Positions 15,687 to 31,000 of a DNA stretch of 64,000 bases are shown piece after piece. The notes below the pieces were generated by a model, which was not told where the DNA came from, ran no database searches, and saw nothing but the letters and a program-made list of their open reading frames with translations. Source of the stretch: the human T2T-CHM13v2.0 reference genome, Homo sapiens. The stretch's first letter is position 1. Each line of letters starts with the position of its first letter. Both the position numbers and the translations under genes were made by a program. The stretch lies in assembly GCF_009914755.1 (NCBI RefSeq), contig NC_060933.1; one strand, given 5' to 3'.

Positions 15687-16733
15687 CAGCTGATCCTCCA
15701 GTAACATCCTTTCATTGAAAGCCTTTTGTATTATAACACTGATGAGGATGTGAACCCCAAAAACCTGAGACAGGTCTCAGTTTATTTAGTAAGTTTATTT
15801 TGCCGAGGTTGAAGATGGGCCCATGACACAGACTCAGAAGATCCTGATGACACGTGTCCAAGGTGGTCAGGGCACAGTTTGGTTTTATACATTTTTGGGA
15901 GACATGAGACATCAATCAACAAATGTAAGATGAACATTGGTTCCATTTGGAAAGGTGGGGCAATGTGGAAGCAGGGAGGGGTCTTCCAGGTCATATGCAG
16001 ATAAGAGACAAATGGTTGCATTCTTTTGAGTTTCTGATTAGCCTCTCCAAAGGAGGTAATCAGATATGCATTTATCTCAGTGAGCAGAGGGGTAACTTTG
16101 AATAAATGGGAGGCAGGTTTGCCCTAAGCAGTTCCCAGCTTGAGTTTTCTCTTTAGCTTAGTGATTTGGGGGTCCCGAGATACTTTACTTTCAAAACAAA
16201 AAAAAAAATCAATTCCCAGCCAGGACCACTGTTCATGTGGAGTTTTCACATTCTCCCCATGTCTGTTTTCTCCAAGTACTCCAATTTCCTCCCACATCCC
16301 AAAGACATGGAGGTAGGTGAATCTGCATGTCTACATGGTTCGAGCCTGAGTGTGTGGATTGTATGTGTGAGTGTGCCCGATGGGATGGTGTCCTGTCTGG
16401 GTTGGTTCCAGCCTTGGCCCTGAGCTGCCAGGATATGCTCTGGCCATTCGTTATCCTGAACTGAAATAACTGGGTAAATAATTACCTTACTTGTTTGTAC
16501 TGATCTTTCATAAATGTGTGTATAGCTCACACTTATTTAAATATTTAAAATTGGTAGATTTGGGGGCCTTTGTTTAGAAGTTTGGTGATGTTTTGTGACC
16601 AGAAATACGCTATAGGAACTTACATCTTGTTTATATCAATTAGTGTATGGTAAAATTGGTTTCATTATATGTTGTTTCACTTAAAGTCACGGTTTCCAAG
16701 AACTTATGGAGGATGTTGAGTGAGGGCTTACCA
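15687..16733 (+). mobile_element. MER6A-like TcMar-Tigger element, split by a MER4A1 LTR
   Basis: TA-flanked termini CAGCTGATCCTC... and ...GTGAGGGCTTACCA; internal tgtggagtttt.cacattctccccatgtctg...ttcctcccacatcccaaagac typical of MER6. Confidence 0.85.
15749..16195 (-). mobile_element. ERV1 solo LTR, MER4A1-like
   Basis: Reverse complement reads aatcactaagctaaag.gaaaa.tcaagctgggaactgcttagggcaaacctgcctccc...ctgagataaatgcatatctgat. Confidence 0.85.
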
Positions 16734-16899
16734 TATTTTATTTGTTTAGTTACTCTTTGTGAACTGACAGGCAAATACAATTTAATTTAATTCTCTAACC
16801 TCAACCCTGTGAATGCCAACACTCACATATATTCTGACTCTTAAAATGTTTCAGCCTTGCTCCTTCTCAGAGAATTGTTGCAGTAAGGTTAGGACTTAG

Positions 16900-17010
16900 A
16901 GTTTCTCAATATTGCTTTGGCCAATGGGGTATTTTGTATCTTTATACAAATTTGGAGATATTTTTTCTATTTATGTGAAAAATACCATTGGAAATTTGAT
17001 AGGGATTATC
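16900..17010 (-). mobile_element. Short L1 ORF2 fragment
   Basis: attgctttggc...ttttttctattt.tgtgaaaaata.cattggaaatttgatagggatt antisense L1 text. Confidence 0.6.
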
Positions 17011-17042
17011 AACCTCTAGAATTCCTAAAATTGGTTAAAAAA

Positions 17043-17075
<33 letters not shown>

Positions 17076-17446
17076 TACACACACACATATACATATATGT
17101 ATATACATATATATGTGTCATATATGTATATACACATATGTGTGTCATATATGTATATACACATATGTGTGTCATATGTGTATATACACATATGTGTGTC
17201 ATATATGTATATACACATATGTGTGTCATATATGTATGTGCACATGTGTGTCATATATGTATGTACACGTATGTGTCATATATGTATGTACACGTATATG
17301 TCATATATGTATATACACGTATCTGTCATATATGTATATACACGTATATGTGTAGACATATATACAATATACATATATGCATATACGTACATATATACGT
17401 ATATACATATATACATGTATATACGTATATATATATGTATATATAG
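17043..17446. repeat. Compound (TA)/(CA) microsatellite with 27-bp minisatellite
   Basis: Unit gtcatatatgtatatacacatatgtgt repeated (9-aa period YMYIHICVS in the ORF track), degenerating rightwards. Confidence 0.95.
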
Positions 17447-17833
17447 ATGATGCCATTGCTAAGAAGTTGACAGGTTCTAGGTTAACCTGAAAATGTATTA
17501 TAGATATATTTGCCACAAATACATGAAATTAATCTCCATCTGCATAAATTTATACTAGTTAGGTAAAGCTGATTAGCCATGCAGTAAAATACATACTCCG
17601 CTAAATCCAAGACCAAAACCAAATACCATCACAAAATGAAATTTGGGGATGAAAAAATGAATCTACAGTACGGCAAAATTAATTCTTACTATTTCATTTG
17701 TTAAAATAGCTTTATAAGTCATGTTTTTAAAAGTGCAGGAAAAATAATACCTCTGTGAAGAATTCGAAAACTTCTTAGCTCAAAAAACATACAATGATAT
17801 TGAGCACATTGTTATATGGCCATTTGTATGTTT

Positions 17834-18204
17834 TATTTCTTTATTTTAATTTGAATTATTTTATTTTAAGTTCTGGGATACATGTGCAGGATGTGCAGGT
17901 TACATAGGCAAATGTGTATCATGGTGGTTTGCCGCGCCTATCAACCCATTACCTAGGTATTAAGCCCAGCATACATCAGCTATTCTTCTGGATGTTCTCC
18001 CTCCCCATACACCACCCCTGCCCGCCGACAGGTCCCAGTGTGTGTTGTTCCCTGCTCCCTGTGTCCATGTGTTCTCATTGTTCAGCTTCTACTTCTAAGT
18101 GAAAACTTGTGGTGTTTGGTTTTCTATTCCTGCCTTAGTTTACTGAGGATAATGGCTTCCAGCTCCAAAGGACATGATCTTGTTACATTTTGTGAATTCA
18201 TAGT
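17834..18204 (-). mobile_element. L1PA (about L1PA8-10) 3' end, 5'-truncated
   Basis: ttttaagttctgggatacatgtgcaggatgtgcagg...acctaggtattaagcccagcat antisense primate L1 3'UTR. Confidence 0.85.
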
Positions 18205-19971
18205 AAATGTCTTTTCAAGTCCTTTGCTCATTTTAAACTTGAGTTTTCTTTCTTTCTTCTTTCTTTCTTTTCTTTCTTCTCTTTCTTTCTTTACTTTTTT
18301 TTTTTTTTTTTTGCTATTGCTTTGTTTAAGCTCCTTATATATTTTGGATGTTAAACCCTCATCAGATGGGTAGTTTACAAGTATTTTCTCCCATTCTGTA
18401 GGCTTTCATTTCACTTTGTTAATTGCGATTGTTTCTATTGCCTTTGCGGAAGCTTTTTAGTTTGATATAATTTGATGTGTTTATTTTTGCTTTGTTGCCT
18501 GTGCTTTTGGGGTCATAGTCAAAAGATCATTGCCCAGGCCAATGTCATAAAGTTTTTCCCCAATTTTTTCTTCTAGAAGCTTATCTTTACAGTTTCAGAT
18601 TTTACATTTAAGTCTCTGAAACCACTTTGAGTTGAGCTTTGTGTATAGTGTAAGGTAACAGTCCAATTTCATTCTTTTGCATGGAAATAACCAGTTTTCC
18701 CAATACCATTTCTTAAGTGACTATCTTTTCCTCATTGTGTATTCTTGGTGTCCTTATCAAAGACTAGTTGACTGTAAATGCAGGGGTTGATTTCTGAGAT
18801 CTCTATTCTGTTCCATTCATCTATGTGTCTGTTTTTATGCCCATACTGCACTGTTTTGGTTACTACAGCTTTGTAATATAACTTGAAATCAGATCGTGTG
18901 ATGCTCCCAGTTTTTTTTATGTATTTGTTTCTCCATATTGCTTTGGCTCTTTGGGGTCTTTTGTAGCCTTATGCAAATTTTAGGATTTTTTTTATATTTC
19001 AGTGAATAATACAACTGGAATTTTTATAGGAATTGTGTTGAATCTGTAGGTCACTTTGGGTAGTATGGACATTTAAACAATATTATATCTTCCAATTCAT
19101 AAAACAGAATGTTTTACCATTTATTTGTATTTTTTTCATCAGTGTTTTGTCGTTTTCTGTGTACAATCTTTTCATCTCCTTGGTTAAGTTTATTTCTAGT
19201 ATTTTATTCTTTTGATGCTATTTTAAATGGGATTGTTTTCTCAATTTCTTTTTTAGTTCTTTGTTAGTGTACAGAAATGCAACTTCACTGAATTACTGGT
19301 TCTAACAGTTTTTTGGTGAAGTCTGTAGGGTTTTCTTACATAAGATTAGGTCATCTGTAAACAGAGATAATATAACTTTTTCCATTCTGATTTGGAAGCC
19401 CTTTCTTTTTTTTCTGTCTGATTGCTCTGTTTTGGACCTCTAGTGCTATGTTGAAAAAAAAATGGCAATAGTCAGTACGCTTGCCTTGTTCTTGATCTTG
19501 AAGGCTTTCAGCTTTTCAGCATTGAGTATAATGTTAGCTGTAGGCTTGTTTCACATGGCTTTTATTATGTTGAGGTACATTCCTTGTAAACTTATTGAGA
19601 TTATATTATGAAAGAATGTTGAATTTTGTCAAATACTTTATCTGCATCTATTGACAGGATCATATATTTTTATTTTTCACTTTGTTGATGTGGTGTATTA
19701 ACAGATGTATTAATTTAAAAATGTTGAACCAGGGATAAATTCCACTTGTTTATGATGTATGACCCTTTTAATGTGCTGTTGAATTTTGTTTTCTAGTATT
19801 ACGATAAGAATTTTTGCATCTATGTTTACCAAGGTTATTGTCCTGTAATTTTTTTTCTAGAATGTCTTTACCTTGCTTTGGTATGAGAGAAATGCTTACC
19901 TCGTATAATATATTTGAAAATGTTCCCTCCTCTTCAATTTTTTGAAAGAGTTTGAAAAGGATTGGCATTAA

Positions 19972-20415
<444 letters not shown>

Positions 20416-20603
20416 TTAGATTATCTGTTTCTTAGTGAGTCAGTCTTGGTATACCACATGTCCAAAAATTTATCCACTTCTTCTAGGTTATACAATTTAT
20501 TGACATATAATTTTTGTAGTAGTTTTTGTGACCCTTTCTATCTGTGATGTCAGTTGTCATGTTTCTTCTTTCATTTATAATTTTACTTATTTGTGTTATC
20601 TCT

Positions 20604-20904
20604 TTTCTTTTTCTTTTTTTTTTTTGACGGAGTCTCTCTCTGTCACCCAGGCTGGAGTGCAGTGGTGCGATCTCGGCTCACGGCAACCTCTGCCTCCCGG
20701 GTTCAAGCAATTCTCTACCTCAGGCTCCCAGGTAGCTGAGATTACAGGCACCTGCCACCACGCCTGGCTAAATTTTTTGTATTTTTAGTAGAGATGGGGT
20801 TTCACCACCTTGGCTGGACTGGTCTTGAACTCCTGACCTCGTGATCCACCCCCCTCAACCTCCCAAAGTGCTGGGATTACAGGCCTTAGCCACTGCACCC
20901 AGTC
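20604..20904 (-). mobile_element. AluS (Sc/Sg-like)
   Basis: Antisense dimer with the gacctcgtgatcc 2-bp-deletion diagnostic. Confidence 0.93.
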
Positions 20905-20949
20905 TCTATTCCCTTTCTAGTCTATATTTCCTTTATTTCTGCCCAAATC

Positions 20950-21622
20950 TACAATGTGATATCACCTCAAACCTGTTAAGATGACTATTCTAAAACTGAC
21001 AAAATATATAACAACTATTGGCAAGGGGGTGGGAAAGAGAATCCTTGTACACTGTTAGGGTAAATGTAACTAGGTACAGCTGTTACAGAAAAAAAATGGA
21101 GGCTTTTCAAAAAATTAAAAGTGGAAATACCATATGATCCAGAAATCCCACTTCTGGGTATATATTCCAAAGAACATGTAGTCAGTATCTCAAACAGATA
21201 TCTGCACCCTATGTTTATTGCAGCATAATCTATACTAGTTAAAATATGGAAACAATATTAGTGTCTATTAATGGATAAATCAATATAGAAAATGTAATAT
21301 ATACACATATATACATATGTATAAACACACATATATACATATACACACAAACACACAATGTGTGGTGATGGATTTAACTAATTTGATTGTGGTAATCATT
21401 TCACAGTGTTTATCAATGGATGAATCAATACAAAAGATGAAACATATACGCATATATACACACACACATATACCCACACACACAAACACACAATGTGTGG
21501 TGATGGATGTATTAATTAATTTGATTCTGCTATTCAATTCATAATGTATATGTATGGCAAATCATCAAATTATACATTTGATATATGTAATTTTTAACAA
21601 TTATACCACAATATAGTTGAAC
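20950..21622 (+). mobile_element. L1MA-type LINE 3' segment (ORF2 C-terminus and 3'UTR)
   Basis: acaatg.gatatcacctca.acctgttaagatg...atatgatccag.aatcccacttctgggtatat...; 3' end caattatacc.caat.tagttgaa resembling L1MA8/9. Confidence 0.85.
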
Positions 21623-23971
21623 AAAACGTACAATATTCTCGTTTCTTAATATTCCACATTTTTTTGAAACTTATAAAATCCAAGCATCTCCATGTTAAGG
21701 ATAAAAATTATTTACACAATGACTATCAATCATTGTTCTGTCAATGACTGTTCTGTTTTTAAAAAATATTTGAAAGACTTCACAATCAACAGTAACTATT
21801 GAAGTATTTTATTATTGCAGTGTTACACATATATTTAAAATTCCAGTTATGTACACTATTTCAACCTATTAATTTTATGAAGATAGTTTCACTCCAAGTG
21901 GCATGTAGAATGCTTATCTATATTTGAAAGTGGATATTCTAGTATTAGCACTAAATCTAATGACCTTCGTGTTTTTATTACTGAAGGAGTTACATGATTA
22001 AGTATGATGATAACTTATCTAATTTTATTATTATTCAATACTCACTAGTCCATAGAGATCAGAAGTAATGTTGAAAAAGGCAGTAGACTATAGAGACTTC
22101 AAATGGCTAAGGCCAAAAACAAGACCCAAAAAAAGACTTTAGCCAAATATCAAGAACAATGCCAAAATTTAGAGCATCCCCAGCTAAGTCACCTGATAGA
22201 ATAAAAGAATTATTACAATTTTTTTCAATAACAATCTTTCTTTTTCAATCAAAATGACTCAAGGCTTTATATGTGTGTGTGATGAGATGTAGAAAGATAC
22301 AGATCTGTCTGTAATTTGTATGTATCTGTGTGTATGTATGTTTATGTATATATGTGTTCTATATTTATTCCTTGAGAAAAAAAATGAAGCATTTAATTTT
22401 TGGTGCTTCTTTTTTCTGATATTAACTGTGGTTTAGCTCTTAAACATCACATCTCAACTTCTTCTAACAATGGGATCATGCTTTTATGGTATTTTGAAAG
22501 TGCGTATCTCATTCATATGCATGAAAGACTATTTTCATGATTAAACATTGATTTTGCCACCATCATCACCACCCCGTAGGAAGAATCTTTTAAGCCAATG
22601 ATATATCTGTTGATACAATTCACAACAAAAAAATTTATATCGAGATAGTCTTTACAGTTTTTCTGTGTAAAGCACAGCCCCTGGCTTTGCCAGCATGACC
22701 AGCCCGTGATCCTTCCGTAATGAATATTATGTTGATAACCACATACATTCATTCTAAAACTGTTTAGGTAAAGCTCTTAGAAGTAAAACACTCATTCCTA
22801 ATACCTTAAGAAACAAAAGAGTTTGTGCAAATGGACTTTATCCCAAGTGAGCAAACCTCCTGCTGATGTTGTGTGGATGGAGTGGGAGGGGGTGGTGTTT
22901 TCCTAGGATGTTCTTCCAAGCTGCTTAAAAATGAAAGTGCATTAAGTAATTTGTCTGCTTTTACAGAGTTAATATTTTATGTCTGAGGAAGTCAAATCTG
23001 TCTGAAAGTTTTGCAAGCAATGGAACCCAAAGTGAATTGAAAAAAATTAGTTTGAAACCAATGAAACTGGGTCACTGTCTTCCCATTTTCCTTGGAAGCA
23101 GTTAAGATTCTAAGATCCCCATGCTCCAGAGGAGATGCTGAACATAGTGAGAGTGTCCAGTAATTGCTGTGTTTCTTTTTCTACATCCTCTCATCTCACT
23201 GGTATTCCACTTCATTCCAGGTTTCTAATGCCTGACTTCAGCAAGTATATTTCTGTCATTGGTATTGATCGATACTACTTTTCGAAATACATTATGTTAA
23301 CTAGTTTCTTGGCATCTAACACGTCATTTTAGTTACAATGTTGACAGGGTCAAAGCAGGTGTCACTAAAAAGAGAAGAGAATGAAAATAGTTCTGAGCCA
23401 TCATGTTTGTTTTCTTCTGGTTTCTTCTTCTAAACAGAATCGGGATTGTTTTATTTCCAAAAATAGTCTGTACAAAACAAAATGAAGTGTACACGTTTAT
23501 ATTACAGAAGGCCATGACTGTCACTAACTTTAGTGATTTGAAGAAATGTGGTTCTGCTAATGAAATATTTAACAGCCTCAGCCACTCTTCCCTCCCAGTA
23601 CCACTCTCAGTGGTTCTGCTGCTGTTGGGCTTTTCCAGCTCCATGAGTGCGTACCAAAGGAAACGGAAGGAAGTCAAAGTCTGAATTTGCAGTGAGGAGC
23701 TAGGAGCATGCTCATACACCTCCCATCCCCTGAGGTAGGATGCTGAGGGAAACAGAGAATGAACACACATGTCTGATGGGATTTCATATAGGAAAGATAA
23801 TAAGCAGAGCAGAGGCAAGTGAAATCCTATTCTTGAGATGGAGCTTTGCAGTGATGCATGCTGATGCTAGTCTGCAGGTGACCATCCCAGGAGATAGATG
23901 GAAGGCTCCAGCATGCTTCATTTATAGTATCTCTGGGCCAATTATTTTTCTGGTTCAAGAATTGGTAAGTA

Positions 23972-24258
23972 CAGTTGACTCTTGAACAACAAGGTTTTGA
24001 ACTGCCAACACCACTCATACTAGGATTTTTTTAAAAATAAGATATTATAGTTAGCCCTCCCTGAGGGCAGGTTCTGCATCTACAACCAAATACGGATAGA
24101 AAATACTGTATTGGCAGGATGTGAAACCCCGCAAATACCAGGGCTGACTTTTCATATCCACAGTTCTGCACTGCAGACCTTGGGACTTGGATACACCCAG
24201 ATTTTGGTTACCACAGGGATTCTGGAACCAGTCTCCCCCAGTAGCTATGGACATTATT
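23972..24258 (-). mobile_element. MER8/MER2B-like TcMar-Tigger MITE
   Basis: TA + CAGTTGACTCTTGAACAAC terminal repeat; internal ctggaacca.tc.cccc, gaaaatac.gtatt, agggctgactttt. Confidence 0.8.
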
Positions 24259-24960
24259 ATTATAGGATTGTAAGATATTAGAATTATTTTATATTTGGGG
24301 ATGTCAATTTTATAATGAGTAATACCAATTAAATTACATCATTTCCTGGCTCGTTCTGAATTCTATACCAAGCTTAGCATCTACTCTGTCTCTTTCTACT
24401 TCATGGGGATTTTACCCAGATTAATCAAAATTGTATTTTAATCCTGAATTATTTAAATTTGAGAACTTTTTAAAAATTGGTGACACTACCAGTACGTGTT
24501 GATGCAAGGACTTAAAGAAGAATTCTTTTTAAAGGTCCCCCCGACCATGGGGAGTAAATGCTAACTCCCTGAAATATAAAGACGGACTGAATTAAATAAT
24601 AAATCTGCATTTCATGTTACTTGAGAGGTACCTGTGAACATAATTTTGCAGAAAGTCAAAGTATTTCTGGGATAATATATTGATAACACAAGACGTTATT
24701 CTTAACCTATGCTGTAATCCTGAATATTTAAGGGGACAAATTTTTATATATTGTTTGCCATTAAGTTTTGAGGTATATTAGTTAATTTTACAAGGTAAGA
24801 CATGTAGTACTTCACATATATTGCCAGAAAAACTGGGCCTCTAGACACTGGAAATCGAATAAAAGACATTTTCTTTTACTATTTCTTATTGGTGCATGTT
24901 TACATTTCTATTAAATAAAGATCAAGGAAGTATTTTGTTTTCAATGTTTTGTTTTTCAAT

Positions 24961-25197
<237 letters not shown>

Positions 25198-27599
25198 TCA
25201 CATGAAAATCTTATATGTTTATGATAAAAACCAGTGATTAATTTTAAGGGAAATAAATAGGTCTTCAATGCCCCTTAGTTCCCTAAATACAGTACAGTTT
25301 ATAAATAGTATATAATTAGGGGGCATCCATTCAAAAAGTGTACCAGGCACACTAAAATTCATCATGTCTACATACTATTTTCAAGATTTTAAGGATCATT
25401 TATTTCAATATTCATTGGATGCAAAAATATATCAAAACAAAAATGTACATTTCAATATATTTTGAGTAGAGATGAATATCATGATTTTTTTTCACTAGTA
25501 ATATGAAAGTAAGCAAGTGAGCACATATTACTTTTTGTTCTGCTATAATTCATTTGAAGGAATAAAATAGGTATAAAATAATAAAATAATTTCTAGTCAT
25601 ACAGTACAGTAACAGCTTTATTATCAACATAAATTCTTTTATGCTGAAGTCTACATTATTTGAAAAGAAAGTATCTGGTTAGAAATATACATGTGAAATT
25701 CTTAGTGGGTTAATATGCTGTTGAAATGAGAATGAATATAAAAATTAAAAATTTGAAATTGTCAGTCCAATCTCGTTGCATTCATATGGTACTGCTAAAT
25801 GTATTACTCCATAGTATCAAGTCAATTGTGCTATTTTGAGATAGCAATTATATTTGGCAGGCAAAATAACATAAATTATTAGCATGCATGGGTTTAATAT
25901 GGCCTTATCAACCTTTACTCATTGGGCCCTAAATTTGAAACATAATGTTTGCACAATTTATACATGTAAATATTTGTTTTATCATTTACTATAATTAGGG
26001 AAAAATGAAACTAGAAACTTCAAAACTTTATGTTCCAGGCAGGACATAAAGCCGTGTTTTCTTATAATAAATCTTAACATTTAATTTATATGTATTAGAC
26101 CTAGCATTGTAAAAAGCATAATTAACAAGATTAACCATAAAATTTTGCATCCATGTTGCTGCTATAACTCATTAGTTGTTATTATTATAAGTCTGAATTC
26201 TAGAAAAAGTGTGACTCCACTACACATACATGTACTCTCTATTTAAATTATTTGTGGTTTCAAATGGAAACATCTTTTGGTAGAAATTCAAAAAGAGTTA
26301 CTTTCAACTCCTATATATTGAAACATATTGACGATCTGAAAAATAAATGACCTACTTTCATCAATGAAATACGTAGTTTTATCCATTAGTACCCAATAAT
26401 CAATGTATTATGACAGCTTACAGCAATGTGGTCAGCATTTTAAAATTCAAAAAGAAAATACAATTAGTTTACCACTGCCAAAACAAAATTTGTTAAGAAT
26501 TTCTCCATCTATCTACTCACCCACCACCATTTACCCAAATAGGACTCTTGTATTTTGAAAACAGTTAGCAGTATAAATCCAATAAGGTTAAACTGATAAT
26601 TTTAATCTTTATATTTTTATATGCATTCTCATTTCAACAGCATATTATCCCACTAAGAATACTGCATGTAATTTCTAACCAGACACTTCTGTTTCAAATA
26701 ATGTAGATTTAGACATCAAAAAATATTTATGTTGATAATAAAGTTGTTATTGTACTGTATGACTAGACACTATTCTGTGAATGAACCTTTGAAAATATCT
26801 CACAACAAAAACCAATTCCTAAATTTGGGATTTGAAGACTGACACTTGATATATATTTATTTTTAAAATATATATTTATTTTAAAGAATCTAGAACTACA
26901 CAAAAACAAAATGGGTGGAAGTTCTGAAAATGCTTGTGTGAAGAGTTTGGTTGATTCCTTCTATAAAAAACAATTATAATACAGATCCAAAATATTATAA
27001 AAATTATTTGAAAGTAATAAAAAAAACACTAAATGAAGGCAAAAACTGAAGTAGAGTTTACTCTTTAAAGACTCTACTACATGGGTAACCACTGAAAGAT
27101 TTTGGTTTTCTTTCTTGGGCGAATACCCTTTGCCCAGTAGTTGTGGAACTGGAGAACTGTAATGGCTTTAGGTGGCAGATATCAGAATGCAGAGCAACAG
27201 AGGAGTTAGAAATATAAAGAGGAAAATCAGAAAGTGAGACAGTCATAAAAGGGCTGTGATACCAATCCTGAATGTATTTTTCCCCAAAACTACTGGCTGA
27301 TGTATAAACATCATAAATTTCTGGGAGCCTACAAAAAAAGAATAAAAAATGAGGGATATTGGGGTTGGGAGAAAGTACCCCTGAAAAAGGAACGTCTCTG
27401 GGTAAGATTTGCAAGTTTGTTATGCTTGTAATTGTCTCCCCAAACTATGTACAGCTTAGTTAGCAGAGAATGGAAGTCTTATTGGCATGAGGGGGAAGAG
27501 ACCATCTGGAAATTCAGGGGGACATGGAAAGTGAAAGAATCACGGATAAAGTAAACCCTCAAAACCTCAGTTGCTTTGTCTTTTTCTACTATTTTTCCA

Positions 27600-29340
<1,741 letters not shown>

Positions 29341-29358
29341 TTTAGGTATTATTCACAA

Positions 29359-29675
29359 GACAATCAGCTGCAGAGAGGAGCTACCCTTTCTGCTAAGAGC
29401 TTGCCAGGACAACCTGCCTGCAGAGAGGAGCCACCCACTCCAGGGCCTCCTCTCTGTTAAGAGCTGAACACTCGACCTCCCTACAGAGAGGAACTACCCA
29501 CTCTGGGTCTACTCTGAGTTGTTCTAACACTCAATAAATCTCCTCTTCATTTGCTCACTCTCCACTTGTCTGTGTACCTCATTCTTCTTGGACACAGGAC
29601 AAGAACTCAGGCAAAGGCACCACCAGCCACAGAGGTTTCCAGCCAGAAAAGCAACACCCCAAAGATTCCTTAACA
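29359..29675 (+). mobile_element. ERV1 LTR 3' part, MER52-like
   Basis: Repeated ctgcagagaggagctaccc units, caataaa, tacctcattcttcttggacacaggacaagaactc; ends ...taaca. Confidence 0.75.
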
Positions 29676-30339
29676 TTATGAGTTCAAATATATCATGTGA
29701 GTCATGGGTTGTAGGCATATCTTCTTAGATGAATTTTGTGTTTGCTCTGACAGAACCTAAGTGAATTACAACCTTGAAACTAAGTTTCATGTTAATTTTT
29801 TGTTTTGGTATTGCCTGAATCATACAAGTAGTGTAAGTTTGGACCTCACATCAAGAGAAATAACAGAATTGGGGACTTAAATTTTTAATTTTAAATTTTT
29901 TTCTACCTCACATCAGATAGAGACAAGCCTCATTGTCATCTCCCTGTACCAGAATGTGGAATTTTTCTTGTTCAACCAGTATTTGTGAGTATGGCTTTTT
30001 AAAATTTCTGGTTTTATATTTACTTTCCACTTCTATGTCTTCACCTCTTATAGGCCCAGAACCTCACTCTCCAACCAAGTGCAAAATTAAATAGAATTCT
30101 TGTGATATCAGGGGAAACAAAATATCTCCCTGACCTTCTCTAGATGTCTGTACTATCAGTTCACGAGTTTCTGTCTCTAAAGCATAGTCCCTGTTTCTCC
30201 TGATGTTTTCTCTCTTTCTGGCAAAAAAGAATGTTATTGCATATTACAAATAATTTTTGTTAGTTTCTACTCAAAATTTTAACATATTTGTAGTGAGAAA
30301 GATGTTACAATATTTATTTCACCATCCTGCCAGAACAAG

Positions 30340-31000
30340 ATGTCAAGGTGGTGTTTTCTAAAACACAAATGGGTGTGTCACACTCCTACTTAAAATCTTC
30401 AATGACTTTATATTTCTATTATCATAAAATTCCATCTCCTTCATATGACATAAAAGGAAATCCTACCTTTCAAGTCTAACCCTTTGCTATGGTCTCCTTC
30501 ACACTCAGTTTTCAGCTATATGGAGCTCCTTTCAGGTCCTAAGATGTTTTGGTGTTTCCTCGAGGTCTTTTGGTAGGCTTCATCTAAGTAGTCCTCCTCA
30601 CCCTTCTTGCCCAACCCCACCCACACTCACACATACAGATACATGTAACTTCAACTGTTATTTGTCTCTCTTTAAATTTATTTGATCCTTGAAAATCTTC
30701 ATTAGTTTTCTAACAAGTTAGGCACCCTTCTAGGTGTTTCAGAACATGCTATATATCCCATATCATACTACTTATTGCCATGCTTCTTAAATTGCACACT
30801 TTGAAAACTAACCTATTAGTGCCATTCACTTATTCAATGAATATTTATTAAGCATCTGCTATGCACTAGGTCTTGTTTTAATGGGAAGATGGTGGTGAAC
30901 AAATCATATACAAATCCTTACCACGACAACAGTTTGTCCCATTATCTGGCACAGTAACTAGCCTTCAGCAGGTATTGAATAAATATCTATTCAGTGAATG
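30340..31000 (+). mobile_element. L2 fragments, including an opposite-strand L2 3' end at ~30823-30910
   Basis: tttctaaaacacaaat...tcac.ctcctacttaaaatcttcaatg; L2 3' ends aataaatat.t.tt.agtgaatg and cattca.ttattcaa...atttatt.agcat. Confidence 0.55.

Noticed and set aside
16917-17516. Overlapping Y/I/H/M/C-rich ORFs
   Set aside because: Translations of a TA/CA simple repeat that lacks stop codons
23333-23818. 161-aa and overlapping 93-aa ORFs in unique sequence
   Set aside because: No recognisable family or coding-like composition; not supportable as CDS without a homology search
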